Counted from the first letter of the stretch, positions 39,201-50,013 are shown. The stretch: DNA of 64,000 bases from Planctomycetota bacterium (GCA_965223265.1 OZ244999.1:3008001-3072000), one strand, 5' to 3'. A program made the numbers and translations. Notes: generated from the sequence alone by a model not told the origin.

Positions 39201-40853
39201 GTTCGCGCTGATGGTGCAGTTCGTCAGAGTCGTGAGGCCTGAGACGTGAAGGGCAGGTCCCTGTCGGTACAGGGCGCTGTTTTGAGTCACAATACAGTCG
39301 ACGAGATCCACTTTCGCTTGGGAATTCACGACGATGCCTTGGGTGCATCGTTCGATGCGGCAGCGGGAGAGCTCGACTTTCGAACGAGGTCGACACTCGA
39401 CACCTATGGCCGCCCCGCTGACCTCGCAGTGCTGCAGCTCCAACTCTGCATCCGAATAGCAAAGAACTCCTAAGCCGTTGATCTCCGTATTGATCAGCCG
39501 GCTGCGACCGATGACTGCGGCTGCTCGGCGAAGCACGCGAACGTTCTCGAGCGTCATGTCCCCTCTGAGCGAAACAGCGTCGAGAGCCGTTGCATCGCCG
39601 GATCCTACGAGGTGGATCGAGAATCCGTGAACCATGTTGCTCAAGTCGAAGTGTCCGGAGCCGAGTTGAATGCGGCGTCCAGGTGGGCCGACAAACTGGC
39701 AATCGCCACGGACCGCTCCCATGTCGTCCCCATCTTGGCCGCTGCGGCGGCACGGGGATTGTGCACTGAGCGAGAGTGAGAAATCGGCGAGGACGGAGTC
39801 TAACTCTGCTTGTGTAGCGACGATTCTTTCCGTCTCGCTTCCCCATCCACAAAAGAGGGGGTCGGAGTTTTGGTTCCCCGGCCCTGGCCACGGGGACTCG
39901 CCTCCGACACAAGAGAAAGCCACCTCGACTGCAGTGTTCTCGCCGTGGACGACATCCTCACCTTGATTCCAGACGATCGAATTGCGAATCTCGAGGCGGT
40001 CGCCCCCTGCCACGATGCCACGTACGTTGCCAGCGATGGTTGAGCCTTCGCTGACAATTCCTGAGGCGTCGATCGACTCGATCGCGACGCGGCATTCGCG
40101 GATGACGCAACCGCGGAGCTGAACAGATGTGTCGCCTTCCGCGGCGATTCCACGAACCGCCTGAGAAATCGTGCACTCGCTGAGCGAAACTTGTGACCCT
40201 CCTGTAGTTGAAAGTGAGCGAAGGTGGCACTGGTCGAACGTGGAGGTCGCTCTTCCACTGAGAACGACATCCGACATCGTCACCTTCCTCACAGTAGCCG
40301 CGCCCGTCACCAAAAGGCGGTGTTGCAGCTCGCACTGGTTCAGAGTCGCTGCGCCGGCGAGAGACAACGTTGACTGAAACAGACAGCCTTCGACCATCGG
40401 GTCGCCGCGAAACACTGCGGGAATCTCGACGATGCAGTCGTTCACGGTTAACGCCGCATCGATCGTGAATGTCGCGTCTCGTTCACCACGAATCGTGAAA
40501 CCACTCAAAACGGACGCCGCCGTCTCTCCGTTGCGCAGCGTGATCGAACCTTCCAGCGTCGTGAACTCCGGCCCCTCTTCCGACCGCAGCACGACGTCTT
40601 TCACTGGCGGTGCTGCAGGGTCACGTGGGTCGCGCAGGCGGTTGAAGTCGAGAGGGATGTCAGCGACGTAGGTGCCCGGTGCCACGATGATCGTGTCACC
40701 GCTTGCGGCGAGATCGAGCGCTCGTTGGATCGTCGCGGCCTCACGTGTCGGCACCCTGATCTCGCGCGTTTCGAGCGCGCCGGCGTCGATGACCGCCGCG
40801 GCTGGTGTGAGCAACGTGAGGATCGCTCCGACGCAGAAGCGACGTTGTCTCAT
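36261..40853 (-). CDS. Large secreted right-handed beta-helix (pectin-lyase-like) repeat protein with C-terminal dockerin-like domain
   Basis: Signal peptide at MRQRRFCVG; TIQRAL...IIVAPGTY; GGAI/FxxN repeats; four modules; SPAIDAG...DLGAYE; FRRGDCNGDG tail. Confidence 0.85.
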   Translation of the reverse strand: MRQRRFCVGAILTLLTPAAAVIDAGALETREIRVPTREAATIQRALDLAASGDTIIVAPGTYVADIPLDFNRLRDPRDPAAPPVKDVVLRSEEGPEFTTLEGSITLRNGETAASVLSGFTIRGERDATFTIDAALTVNDCIVEIPAVFRGDPMVEGCLFQSTLSLAGAATLNQCELQHRLLVTGAATVRKVTMSDVVLSGRATSTFDQCHLRSLSTTGGSQVSLSECTISQAVRGIAAEGDTSVQLRGCVIRECRVAIESIDASGIVSEGSTIAGNVRGIVAGGDRLEIRNSIVWNQGEDVVHGENTAVEVAFSCVGGESPWPGPGNQNSDPLFCGWGSETERIVATQAELDSVLADFSLSLSAQSPCRRSGQDGDDMGAVRGDCQFVGPPGRRIQLGSGHFDLSNMVHGFSIHLVGSGDATALDAVSLRGDMTLENVRVLRRAAAVIGRSRLINTEINGLGVLCYSDAELELQHCEVSGAAIGVECRPRSKVELSRCRIERCTQGIVVNSQAKVDLVDCIVTQNSALYRQGPALHVSGLTTLTNCTISANDSFESGVIFATRGSQLQVLNSIVVDNVGGSLTVDPEAEVAVSFSCIAGDTVWPGTGNFNVDPRFCGWRGAKREFFVDAAVDDAGANDGSRERPFPSITAALSTFDYALAADSPCLGSGLGGTDVGARLGTCERSGRSSALLNVAPGTYEAGNLVQDVGVVGSTAGETIIRGEIRGLRSSALLSRITSMQGSVRVSSGESPEISASQIENLVCESASAPTVSDCTISQGSGVWCQPGSAPEFRRSTFAANSRQEFGGAVMCEEASPVFIDCEFDGNVAERGGAIAALQRSNVRVERCRFVRNRAASESVPNKTIGGALFVTDGSNVELSECLLLGGEAARGGALFSDKESRVTLSHCTVVENVTSHTPGGIAVDTGVVELESCIVWANTGVQITSGEGGQIHVRRSCIEGDAPWPGAGNINSDPLFCGFGAVAEVVVDPELASVANRPRGHFATLADAFSVFSLALGANSPCLGSGADGSDMGVPLGLCVAGTRSPKRITLRPGRHEATTSVNLAHGISLRGVDRDATVVAGSLRGLRTGARLENVTVSGGPVSVASGEQVELENCNFTSSLNSVDVTGGAAVLTGCRFDNNRIGLQVTADGSATVADCEFVENSIAAIVIRSELTIDRSEIRRNRGNERPFAIDSGVIHARNARLGVNRSLIESNRCGNGGAIGAIASRVNVRSSILRGNEANGSGGAIFSTVLTELLVESSLFVANSAADGGGAISDSRYGDSDTTMRLVNCTFADNHAGGQGDDLQLSREAHAEIVNCVFWGQGDDLLRIAIKNNARFSHSIVAGRNVPEGIGNLNVNPRFIRRGTFDFTRVTDDHIADFIIDPGDYRLQIGSPAIDAGVNAGAPEFDLDDRPRRCGDSVDLGAYESSCSTSIQFRRGDCNGDGDPAKLDDALFLLAANFAGGEAPICRAACDANSDGRVEGDVSDAVLILRFAFTGGASPQAPFPDCGSLELDGDLLLGCRASPCE

Positions 40854-41475
40854 GTCTGCCCTTGAAATGGGTTGAGAAGATCTGTCGTTGCGGCGCCGCC
40901 GGAGCGTTGGCTGCCACAAGCCACTCAAGAGAACCTTTGAGATGATCTGCCGGCTCCGATCGTCGGGGTGGTGGGGACCGTTGTCAACATCCGTCCGTAC
41001 GGAAGTTCCGGCGACTCCGGTCGCTTGAACGGCCGCGTTGCAGCGAGCTCGGCCTCGCTCATCATCAGGCCGCACGCTCGCGCCAACGCCGCCAGAACGT
41101 GCGCCACGCGCAGGTTGGCCGTGACGTCGGGACTGGTTCGACGATTGGGATTTGTTTGTTGCGCTGGCACGGATGGGGTGCTTTGATCGAAGGGCTCGTG
41201 CAGTTGCACGGGGGAGTCTCGGGACGATCTATTCTCGATCCACGAACACTTGGGACGTCAAAGTGTGGAATGAGCGAGATGCGACCTGTCACATGAGCCG
41301 GGGGGACGAACATGCGTGCGCTTTGCGCGTCGACTCAGGGCCCCTTTGTCGGCGACCGACCCAGGGCCGTCTACCGCTCTGGGCCACGAGCGATGTGAAT
41401 AGGTAAGCCGTAAGAAGCCATCGCGCCGGCAGGCGGGCGTTCAGGCGCGAGGACGATCACTCCAAGGGGATTCCC

Positions 41476-44076
41476 ATGCAGGAACGAATTGGGACTCGGC
41501 GGCGCTTTGAGATTGGTTTGGCAAACTTGATTTCTCAGACATCGACGCGACGGGGCCCGCACCTGCCAGGCGATCTGTCACGAGCTGCGGTTGTGCGCGG
41601 CCTCTGTCTCGTCGGAGTGGTTCTCGGGGTTGTAGGAGCGGCACGGGCGAATGAGTCGCCGCAAGCGGAACTCGACTTTGTCTTCGTTGAACGACCGCTC
41701 GGAGTAGCGACCCCGGGGGGCTGGGTGGCATCCTCGTCCACCGTCGTCAACACCGTATGGGGAAGCCGTCTGACGCGACACCTCTCTAGCGGTGAGGTCC
41801 GCGTCTTGATCGACGGATCCGTCACGGACGAAAGGCGCAATGACATTCCGTTCGACGTCATGCAGCCGGACATCTCCTACGACGGCAAGAACATTGTTTT
41901 CGCTGGCCTTTCACCGACGGAGAACGCTTGGCGCATCTACACGGTCTCCGTCGACGGCAGCGGCCTGCGCCGACTGACGCGGTCGGATCGCCAGCTCGAT
42001 CTGTCGCGTTTCGGGAATCTTGCGACTGACTTCGAACACTACGACGATCTCGACCCGTGCTATCTCCCAGACGGTCGAGTTTGCTTCGTGTCGACGCGCT
42101 ACCCTGGCCCTGCCCCAAACGGCCGGCGGCGAACGACGAATCTTTACGTCATGGACGGAGATGGATCCGGTCTTCACCGCATCACGACAGAGCGTTTCGG
42201 TGCGGAGACTCCGGTCGTTGATCCGATGACGGGTCGCATCGTCTATTCACGCTGGTGGCGATCGCCGCCGGCGTCAACGCGCCGGGTGAGGCACGGCTCG
42301 AACGATTACACCGGTGTTGCCACACAACTTCCTGAGGGTACGATCCTCAGCGGCGTTGACGAAGACGCGTTCTCTGGCGTCAATCATTGGTTCTTGGCGA
42401 GTGTTCGCCCCGACGGCGATGGCCTGCGCATGTTTCAAGGCGGCGGACTCGATCGTAACGTCGCAACGGTGTACGATCCGAGCTTTCTTGCCGACGGCAG
42501 AGTGATCGCACTGGCGCTGCCGCGGACACCCCAACTGGGGAAGCCGGAGAAATCACACTTCCGTCGGCTCCAACGTACGGCGTCGGAGGTCACCTCCTTC
42601 GGCTTTCAGCCAGCGCGATTCTCGGGCGGGGCAGCCGTCGACGAGACTCATATTTTGGTGAGTGAGCTTGAGGCTGGCCCTGCGGGGTCGTACGGCATCT
42701 ATCTCCTAGAGTTCGCGGACGATCCAGCGGCAATCACAACGGAGAAAGTCGTCGGTGTCGGGGGAATGGACGCGCTCGATCCGGTTTTGGTGCGAGTGCG
42801 ACCGCAGCCACCTGCCTTGCCAGAGTCAACAGTGACGCCGCGAGGGGGCGACGGTCGTGCGGTCGATTTCATCCCGAACACTGTGAGCGAAGCGTTTCGT
42901 CGCGGAACGTTTCGTTTCTTGTGCGAAAACGTTTTTGGTAATGCCCCCGTGGATGAGCCGATGACGCACTCGCCTCCAGCCGGCAAGCGACTCTTCATCG
43001 AGTTTTATATGAATCCGCAGCGCACTGACGCGGAAGGCAACGACGAACCACTTCTCATCCGGCGGCAGGAAGTTGCCGCCGATGGACGTATCGACGTCAC
43101 CCTGCCAGCGGACGTTCCTCTCTTTGAGATCTTGCGCCGGCCTGATGATCGCCTCGGCGTCGGGCGAGATGGGCAAGTCTTTCACGTCGCCGGCCACAAT
43201 TTCGGAGCACCCGGGACGACCGCACGATGCATCGGTTGCCATGCCGGACACACTCGGCTTGACGTGCCAGCGGAACCGATCTGGACGAACCTTGCACCGA
43301 GTGCGCGCGCGACGGCGTCGAGCTCCAACGAGATTCCGGGCAGCAATGATCGATGGCGACCAGCGCCGCGCGTCACTCCCCCGAGCGTGAACGATCGGCA
43401 GACGGATACGCGCTGGGAGGCCGAGCCACGGCGAGATGGTTCTGGGCCAGCAGCCGATGACGTTCGTCTGTCGCTGCGCTGGGCAACGCCGATTCTGGCG
43501 CGTGAGGTCGTCGTTTACGGCGTGCCGAGCGACAACGCAACGACGACCCAGCCGACTGACGCCGTGGTGCACCGGTTCTCGGTCGTAACCCGCCTGGGCG
43601 GTGTCGAGATCCAGCGACGCGTGGTCAGGGACGCAGCAACTCCCGATGGGTTGCGTATCGGCGTCGACCCGTCGCGAGCCATCGACGAGGTTGAACTGGA
43701 GATCGACGCCGCCGACGTCACTGGGCATGTTCGCGGCGTCCCTGGCGTGCCGGCACTTGCCGACATCGAAGTGGTCGCACGCGTGGTGCCGGACACGGAG
43801 CCAGCGTCCCTCTTCATCCGTAGCGATGCGAACTGCGACGCCAGCGTCAGCCTTGCCGACGCGGTCGCGACGCTTAACTTCCTGTTCCGCGGCGAGGGAC
43901 CGCTTTGCTGCATCGCTGCAGCGGACACTGACGCCGACGATCGCGTCAACATTAGCGACGCGATTTATACCCTCACGTATCTGTTCGCGTTCGGCGAACC
44001 CATCGCGGAGCCGTTTCCGTTTTGCGGCCGAGCCACCGAAGGTGAGCTGTCGTGCGACGAGCACACGTGCCGCTAA
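41476..44076 (+). CDS. HzsA (hydrazine synthase alpha)-related secreted protein: TolB/PD40 propeller + heme CxxCH middle domain + dockerin-like tail
   Basis: PDISYDGKNIVF, DDLDPCYLPDGRVCFVSTR, NLYVMDGDGSG, DGRIDVTLPADVP...CIGCH and FIRSDANCD motifs. Confidence 0.75.
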   Translation: MQERIGTRRRFEIGLANLISQTSTRRGPHLPGDLSRAAVVRGLCLVGVVLGVVGAARANESPQAELDFVFVERPLGVATPGGWVASSSTVVNTVWGSRLTRHLSSGEVRVLIDGSVTDERRNDIPFDVMQPDISYDGKNIVFAGLSPTENAWRIYTVSVDGSGLRRLTRSDRQLDLSRFGNLATDFEHYDDLDPCYLPDGRVCFVSTRYPGPAPNGRRRTTNLYVMDGDGSGLHRITTERFGAETPVVDPMTGRIVYSRWWRSPPASTRRVRHGSNDYTGVATQLPEGTILSGVDEDAFSGVNHWFLASVRPDGDGLRMFQGGGLDRNVATVYDPSFLADGRVIALALPRTPQLGKPEKSHFRRLQRTASEVTSFGFQPARFSGGAAVDETHILVSELEAGPAGSYGIYLLEFADDPAAITTEKVVGVGGMDALDPVLVRVRPQPPALPESTVTPRGGDGRAVDFIPNTVSEAFRRGTFRFLCENVFGNAPVDEPMTHSPPAGKRLFIEFYMNPQRTDAEGNDEPLLIRRQEVAADGRIDVTLPADVPLFEILRRPDDRLGVGRDGQVFHVAGHNFGAPGTTARCIGCHAGHTRLDVPAEPIWTNLAPSARATASSSNEIPGSNDRWRPAPRVTPPSVNDRQTDTRWEAEPRRDGSGPAADDVRLSLRWATPILAREVVVYGVPSDNATTTQPTDAVVHRFSVVTRLGGVEIQRRVVRDAATPDGLRIGVDPSRAIDEVELEIDAADVTGHVRGVPGVPALADIEVVARVVPDTEPASLFIRSDANCDASVSLADAVATLNFLFRGEGPLCCIAAADTDADDRVNISDAIYTLTYLFAFGEPIAEPFPFCGRATEGELSCDEHTCR

Positions 44077-44155
44077 CGCGATATTCGTTGCGACTCGTTC
44101 CGTTGCTGCAGATGTCGACGCAGGTGCGACAGACGAACTGAAAAAGGCGTGGCCT

Positions 44156-44665
44156 TCACTCGCAAGGAGAATCCACACAGCTGAGGAGTAAGTCGCCTGG
44201 TGACACCATCTCACCGCATTCCGGAAATGGCGCGCCAGGTGGTGCGCTACTCGCGAATACGAATCTAAGGATGGAGATCGCGTCGGAGAGGTCGCCTTCG
44301 ACGCGGCCGTCGGTGTTGGCGCCGCACGCAGCGCGGCACGCCGGTGTTTCACCGCCTGCGAAGTTCGCAGCTAGAAGAAAGAGCGCGTCGTCAAGCCCCG
44401 CCGGGACGCCGTCGCCGTTACAGTCACCGCGGCGAAACTGAATCGGTGTCACGCAGGCGCTCTCGTAGGCGCCGATATCGACCGCGTCACCACAGCGGCG
44501 TAGATTTCCATTCAGATCGACATCGATCGCCGCCGCGCTGGCCGACGGGCCAGCGTCGATCGCCGGCGAGTCGACTTGCAAGCGATAGTCCCCGGCGTCC
44601 ACAACGAAACCGAAACTTGGGAAGCGCCGTTTGAAGTCGAAGATTCCGCGGCGGACGAAGCGTGG
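44156..44665 (-). pseudogene. 5'-truncated paralog of the C-terminus of the 36261-40853 beta-helix/dockerin gene
   Basis: PRFVRRGIFDF...GDYRLQVDSPAIDAG...GAYESAC...QFRRGDCNGDG...SPCE aligns closely with 36261-36770; no credible start or signal peptide upstream. Confidence 0.8.
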
Positions 44666-45000
44666 AGAGCCGTTCCCTCGTGTCAACCCGAGAGCTAACG
44701 CTAAGAGCGCGTCGGGGCAAAGACGGGTGTCGACGACGCGTTGTTGCAGTGGGGAGCGAAACGGACGCCCGCAGTCTTCGTGGTCCCACGCCCACGCCCA
44801 CGCAATCGGTCTTGAAGCGCTTCTCTTTCGCAACATTGGGGTCCCACACCGACTCCGACCCCACAGACCCTTCCTCCCGCATGCGATCGCGTCTATAGTC
44901 GGACGGGTCAGCCGCCTCCGGCTGCGGCAGCCTTTCGATCAGCCGGACGATTTCCGACTCAGTCACGCCAAGATTCGACCGTCGCTACAAGGCTACTGTT

Positions 45001-45399
45001 ATGCAGCGCCTCGATCACGTCGCCTTCGAAGTCTCCGACATGGACGCATCCATCCGATTCTATGCGGGGAAACTCGGTCTCAAGCTGCGATTCGACAAGG
45101 TCGACGCGGAGCATGGCGAGCGATTCGCTTTTTTTGATCTCGACGGCGCCGCACTCGAACTCGTCTCCCGCCTTGGAGCCGAGCCCTACACTCGAAGGAT
45201 GCCGCAACCGCCTTACTGTCCTCACGTCGCTCTGGCCACGGACGACATCGACGCGACGGTGCGCTTTCTGCATGAGCGCGACATACCCATGCTCAAAGGG
45301 CCCATGGAGATTCGTGGCCAGGTGAGGTGGATCTACGCTTCGGATCCCGATGGCAACGTGATCGAGTTCGTCGAATGGTGCGGGGCGACGGATTCGTAA
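45001..45399 (+). CDS. VOC/glyoxalase family protein
   Basis: LDHVAFEVSD, HVALATDDID and DPDGNVIEF motifs. Confidence 0.9.
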   Translation: MQRLDHVAFEVSDMDASIRFYAGKLGLKLRFDKVDAEHGERFAFFDLDGAALELVSRLGAEPYTRRMPQPPYCPHVALATDDIDATVRFLHERDIPMLKGPMEIRGQVRWIYASDPDGNVIEFVEWCGATDS

Positions 45400-45477
45400 C
45401 TGCAACGCGCCGAAGCCGGATTCGAAGGCGCGCGCGCTGGCTGCACCGGCTTCCCAGGAGGTGAAACCTCGATCGCC

Positions 45478-46380
45478 ATGAGAATTGATCACGTCACCCT
45501 GGCCGGACCGTCGCTTGTAGACCTGCGACGTCGGGTCCAAGCGAGTGGGCTCCCGACCGAATACGGTGGTCCTCACTCCAATGGCGTCACGCACATGGAT
45601 CTTCTGGGGTTTCTCGACGGATCCTACCTTGAGTTGATCTCGAAGGTTGAGGGGAGTCGCGACTTCTCGCCGCTGTGGAATACCGCGATCGAACGCAGCG
45701 GGGGGCCGTGCGCCTGGGCCGTCCGCGTCGAGGACATCGATGCCGAGGTGAACCGTCTGCGCGGTCGCGGCGTGCCCGTCGCGGGCCCGGAACCCTATTT
45801 CCGCGAGCGACCCGACGGTCAGCGCGTTGAGTGGCGTCTGGCGTTTCCCGGTGAGGGTGATCCCGGGTCGGTGCTGCCGTTTTTGATTGAAGACACGACC
45901 CCCCGCGCGCGTCGCACCATGCCATCGACGGTGCTCGAGTCGTGGGCAGCCGATGATGTGTCTCCCTGCCGCGTCACCGGTGTGGCCGCCGTCGTCCTCG
46001 CGGTCCGTGACATCGAGGCCACGATCGGGCTTTTTCGCCTTGCCTACGATGTGCCGCCGCCGCGGTTTCACGCGGGTGTTGCCGCATTCGATGAGATTCC
46101 CGTCATTCTCGAGACCGTGGTCGCCGCCTTGGATGCGACAGAGGAAGCTGGTGTGTCGCGCAGCATCACGGCTCGTTTGACGGAGTTCGGCGATGCACCC
46201 AGTCGTTTTCTTCTTGGCGTGAATTCGCTCAAGACTGCTCGCGGACGCTTAAAGCTCAGCCGACCCGTCGTGTCATGGGCGGGACGTAGCGTCGCTTGGC
46301 TTGATCTGGATGCGGACGTCACCGCACGGTTTTCAGAGCTGCCGTCGATTGGGTTCGTTGAGGGACGCTCTGCAGAGTGA
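45478..46380 (+). CDS. Glyoxalase_3-like (VOC) protein
   Basis: RIDHVTL, GGPH..G.TH, YLELI, RERPDG..VEW and PFLIE motifs. Confidence 0.85.
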   Translation: MRIDHVTLAGPSLVDLRRRVQASGLPTEYGGPHSNGVTHMDLLGFLDGSYLELISKVEGSRDFSPLWNTAIERSGGPCAWAVRVEDIDAEVNRLRGRGVPVAGPEPYFRERPDGQRVEWRLAFPGEGDPGSVLPFLIEDTTPRARRTMPSTVLESWAADDVSPCRVTGVAAVVLAVRDIEATIGLFRLAYDVPPPRFHAGVAAFDEIPVILETVVAALDATEEAGVSRSITARLTEFGDAPSRFLLGVNSLKTARGRLKLSRPVVSWAGRSVAWLDLDADVTARFSELPSIGFVEGRSAE

Positions 46381-46627
46381 GTCGATCGTCGAGCGTCGCT
46401 GGTTACGTCTGATTGCGGGTCCCGCGTGGGAAACAGCCATGGAAAGCTCAGGTTAGTGCTTCGTTGAGGCGAACGCGGCGACTTGATGCTGTATGCTGGT
46501 AAGGTCGCGGCGTCGTGCAACGTCCAGGCTCAGTGTGAACAGCGCGGCTAGCGGGCGTAAGAATGGGAGCGATACACCGTGAGTGATTGCGTGATGAGGT
46601 TCGACCGAGGACGATGAAGAAGTGGCG

Positions 46628-49288
46628 ATGAGAAATTCTCGTCACGTGGTTGCTCAGAAAAGTCCGCCGCTCGGCCTTTTCGCCTGCGTGCTTACCGCCG
46701 TTTTGCTCAGCGCCGCGGGGTGGATCACCGCCGCCGATCCGCCGCCGCGCCCACCCGCTGAGTTTCTCGCCCGACCTGTCGGTACCGACTTCAAGCTGGC
46801 GGACTGGAGTCAAATCGTCGGCTACATCGAAGAACTTGACGAGCGTAGCCCCGCGGTGCGCGTCGAGCGAGTCGGCAAGACGACGGAGGGGCGAGATCTC
46901 CGCATCGTCATCATCTCCAGTCCGCAGAATCTTGAGCGACTCGATGAACTGAAGGCGATCTCGAAGCGACTTGCTGACCCGCGCGGACTTAAGCGCGCGG
47001 AACGCGATGCGTTGATCGAGCAGGCGCGACTCTTTCTCTTTATCTCGGCAACGATCCATTCCACTGAGGTCGCAGCGGCGGAGATGTCGCTGCAGCTGGC
47101 GTACGACTTGGCAACGAAACATGCCGAACCGTGGGCGACCACACGCCGCGAAATGGTCGTCGTGCTGATTCCGAGCGTCAACCCAGACGGACTAGAACGC
47201 GTCGTGCGCTGGTACCGAAAGATCCGCGGCACGCCGTACGAAGCGGCCCGTCTCCCTGAGCTCTATCAGACCTACGCGGGCCACGACAATAACCGCGACT
47301 GGTTTCTTCTCTCGCTAGCGGAGACGCGTATCGTGACGCGCCTGCTCTACCGTGAGTGGTTTCCACACGTCTACTGGGATGTTCACCAACAAGGTCCGTA
47401 CCGCGAACGTCTCTTCGTGCCGCCGTTTCGCGACCCTCTCAATCCCAATCTCGACCCTGAGATCATGGCTGCAATTGGCACGCTTGGGGCGCGCATGATG
47501 TACGATTTGACACAGGCTGGGTTCAGCGGCGTCGCCACGGGCGTGACCTACGACATGTGGTGGAACGGAGGCAACCGCAACGTCCCAGTACGCCACAACA
47601 TGATTGGTTTCCTTTCGGAAGCTGCTTCGGCGAACCTAGCGAGCCCTCTGTTTATTCCAAGAGAGCGTCTTGAAGGCCCGCGAGGGTTGAAGAACGGATA
47701 CGCGGCGTCCAATCAGTTCCCGAAACCTTGGCCGGGGGGGTGGTGGCGCGTCGGGGACATCGTGAAGTACGAGCTCGCGTTGGCGGAGTCCATCCTCGGT
47801 AGCTTGTCGCGTGAACCTAAATTGTTCATGAGTACGACAGCCGCCGCGGCGCAGCGTGCCGTTGAGCAGGGCGAGAAGGATGTGCCGCGCACATGGTTGA
47901 TCCCATCACCTGCGGGCGACCGAGGGGGCTTGAAGCGCATGATCGCGACGCTACTCGACGGCGGTGTCGAGGTGGACGTAGCGCTGGAGGGGTTCACCGT
48001 CTCCGGTCGACCTTTCAGGCGCGGAACCGCCGTCGTACGGCGAGCTCAACCGTACGGTAACTACGCGAAGGATCTCCTCGAGTTGCAGCAGTATCCCGAC
48101 GGGCTACCTCCGTATGATGTGACCGGCTGGACGTTGCCGCTTTTGATGGGGGTGACGGTGATCGCCATGAATGAGGCGCTCGAAGTGCCGACGCGGCGCG
48201 TCGAGTCAGCACAGGACCTGCTCGCCCTGCGCCCCAAAGGGGTGCGGCTGAGCTCGCCGTTACATCTGGATGGTGCAGATTCTGATAGCTACCGTGGCGT
48301 GATCACGCTTTTGCAAGCACGCTTGCCGCTCCTCTTCGATGCCCGTCCGGACAGCGCTGTTTCGGGTAGCTGGATTCTTCCTGGAAAAAAGAGCCAGCGC
48401 GAGGAGGCGCTCGCGCATCTTCGCGAGCTTGGGCTCGAGGTTGACGGTGACGTCGCCTCGCCGCTCACACTCTCAGCGGATGACGCTGCCGTATCACGAG
48501 ATCTTTTGATCAAGCTCGAGAGGTTACCGCGGGTTGGATTGTACGCGCCGTGGACCGCGAACAAGGACGAAGGTTGGCTTCGCTGGATGTTCGATCGATT
48601 CGACCTGCCTTACGTGACAATGCGTAACGAACAGATGCGCAGCCACAATCTACACGAGCTCGTCGACGTCATTGTCGTTCCCAGCGTCAGGCCTGACGTG
48701 CTGCGCGATGGCCGTCATGAAGGTGAAGTATTCCCGCAGTACGCCGGAGGTATAGGACGCGCTGGCGCGGTTGCGTTGGACGCCTTCGTTCGTCGTGGCG
48801 GCACACTGATCTGCATTGACGAATCGACCCTCTATGCCATCGAGCTCTTCGACCTGCCACTCACAGACGCCACAGCGAGTCAGGATGAGACGTCGTCGTT
48901 TAGCTGTCCCGGTTCCATATTGAGGACGGTTACTAAATCAGCGTCGCCGTTCGTCGTGTCGCTTCCGACGTCTCAGCCCGTTTACTTTTCAAGCTCTCGT
49001 GCGTTTCGCGTTGACGAGCTCCAACCCAACGCCGGGATGGTCCTTCTTGAGTATCCCAGGGACAATATTTTGCTCTCGGGCTACCTCGGTGGCAGTGACG
49101 AGATTGCGGGGACGGCGGCATGGGTTAGGACGCCTGTTGGCGACGGGGCAGTGCATCTCTTCGGGTTCCGGCCGCACTATCGTTCGTGGACTCAGACCAC
49201 GTTCAAACTGCTCCTGCGCGCGATTCTTCTGGACGCGCCGACGTTCATCGGCGAGCGTGAGGCTGCAGAAGCGAACACCAAAGAGTGA
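46628..49288 (+). CDS. Secreted M14 zinc carboxypeptidase
   Basis: GKTTEGR, IHSTE (HxxE), NPDG, DNNRD and DVHQ motifs; C-terminal class I GATase-like domain. Confidence 0.9.
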   Translation: MRNSRHVVAQKSPPLGLFACVLTAVLLSAAGWITAADPPPRPPAEFLARPVGTDFKLADWSQIVGYIEELDERSPAVRVERVGKTTEGRDLRIVIISSPQNLERLDELKAISKRLADPRGLKRAERDALIEQARLFLFISATIHSTEVAAAEMSLQLAYDLATKHAEPWATTRREMVVVLIPSVNPDGLERVVRWYRKIRGTPYEAARLPELYQTYAGHDNNRDWFLLSLAETRIVTRLLYREWFPHVYWDVHQQGPYRERLFVPPFRDPLNPNLDPEIMAAIGTLGARMMYDLTQAGFSGVATGVTYDMWWNGGNRNVPVRHNMIGFLSEAASANLASPLFIPRERLEGPRGLKNGYAASNQFPKPWPGGWWRVGDIVKYELALAESILGSLSREPKLFMSTTAAAAQRAVEQGEKDVPRTWLIPSPAGDRGGLKRMIATLLDGGVEVDVALEGFTVSGRPFRRGTAVVRRAQPYGNYAKDLLELQQYPDGLPPYDVTGWTLPLLMGVTVIAMNEALEVPTRRVESAQDLLALRPKGVRLSSPLHLDGADSDSYRGVITLLQARLPLLFDARPDSAVSGSWILPGKKSQREEALAHLRELGLEVDGDVASPLTLSADDAAVSRDLLIKLERLPRVGLYAPWTANKDEGWLRWMFDRFDLPYVTMRNEQMRSHNLHELVDVIVVPSVRPDVLRDGRHEGEVFPQYAGGIGRAGAVALDAFVRRGGTLICIDESTLYAIELFDLPLTDATASQDETSSFSCPGSILRTVTKSASPFVVSLPTSQPVYFSSSRAFRVDELQPNAGMVLLEYPRDNILLSGYLGGSDEIAGTAAWVRTPVGDGAVHLFGFRPHYRSWTQTTFKLLLRAILLDAPTFIGEREAAEANTKE

Positions 49289-49701
49289 GATCAGTGCCAG
49301 AGAGACCCCACACCTCATCGTCTGAGGCGACCCCTGCGACAGGCACGACGCCAGCCTCTGGTGTCGTCGGAAAGCTTGGGATTGACGTGGCCGCGAGGCA
49401 CATCTTCCTCTGCTGCGATCAAACCAAGCCTAAGTGCTGTCACAAGGATCGCTCACTGGAAGCCTGGAATTATCTCAAGGCACGTTTGAAAGAACTCGGC
49501 CTTGCTGAGCGTGGTGGCGTCCAAAGGACGAAGGCGAACTGCCTCCGCATCTGTGAGGAAGGGCCGATCGCTGTGATCTATCCCGAGGGGGCGTGGTATC
49601 GTCACTGTGACCCGGAGGTTTTGGAGCGTTTGATCCAGGAACATCTGATCGAAGGTCGCGTCGTCGAAGATCATCTGATCGTGTTGCGCCCTTTGAGCTG
49701 A
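49285..49701 (+). CDS. Thioredoxin-like [2Fe-2S] ferredoxin
   Basis: HIFLCC...CC...[20 protein letters not shown]...EHLIEG; overlaps the M14 stop. Confidence 0.9.
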   Translation: MRSVPERPHTSSSEATPATGTTPASGVVGKLGIDVAARHIFLCCDQTKPKCCHKDRSLEAWNYLKARLKELGLAERGGVQRTKANCLRICEEGPIAVIYPEGAWYRHCDPEVLERLIQEHLIEGRVVEDHLIVLRPLS

Positions 49702-50013
49702 CGAAAGCCTTCGCAGCCTCCGGTTACGGTCCCGAATGAATTCGCGCGATGTGTGAATTCGGGGCATTCGACGCGGTCGCCGTCTCGACGTCTAAGAGTT
49801 GGACGTAGCGGTTTTTTCCCGTTCACTTTCAGCCGCTGGCGTGACGTCAAGCGAGATCTCGACTTACGCAATCTGCTCGAAAAGTTCAAAACGATTCCAC
49901 TGTTGCTGCGTTGAAGTCCTCTGCAGGGACCTGTAGTAGATCCGACCAGCGACGGCTGGCGTGGTAGTCTTTGGCAGTCAGCTTCCACTCATCGTGAAGA
50001 GAACGGAGGAATC

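Noticed and set aside
41476-44076. Anammox hydrazine synthase
   Set aside because: No hzsB/hzsC or other anammox genes are present; only domain-level similarity, plus an extra dockerin tail.
44156-44665. Diversity-generating retroelement template/variable repeat pair with 36261-36770
   Set aside because: The differences are mixed, mostly synonymous transitions rather than adenine-specific, and there is no reverse transcriptase in the window.
42826-46071. Long antisense ORFs (42826..44352 and 44959..46071)
   Set aside because: They overlap well-supported genes on the opposite strand and are typical high-GC shadow ORFs.
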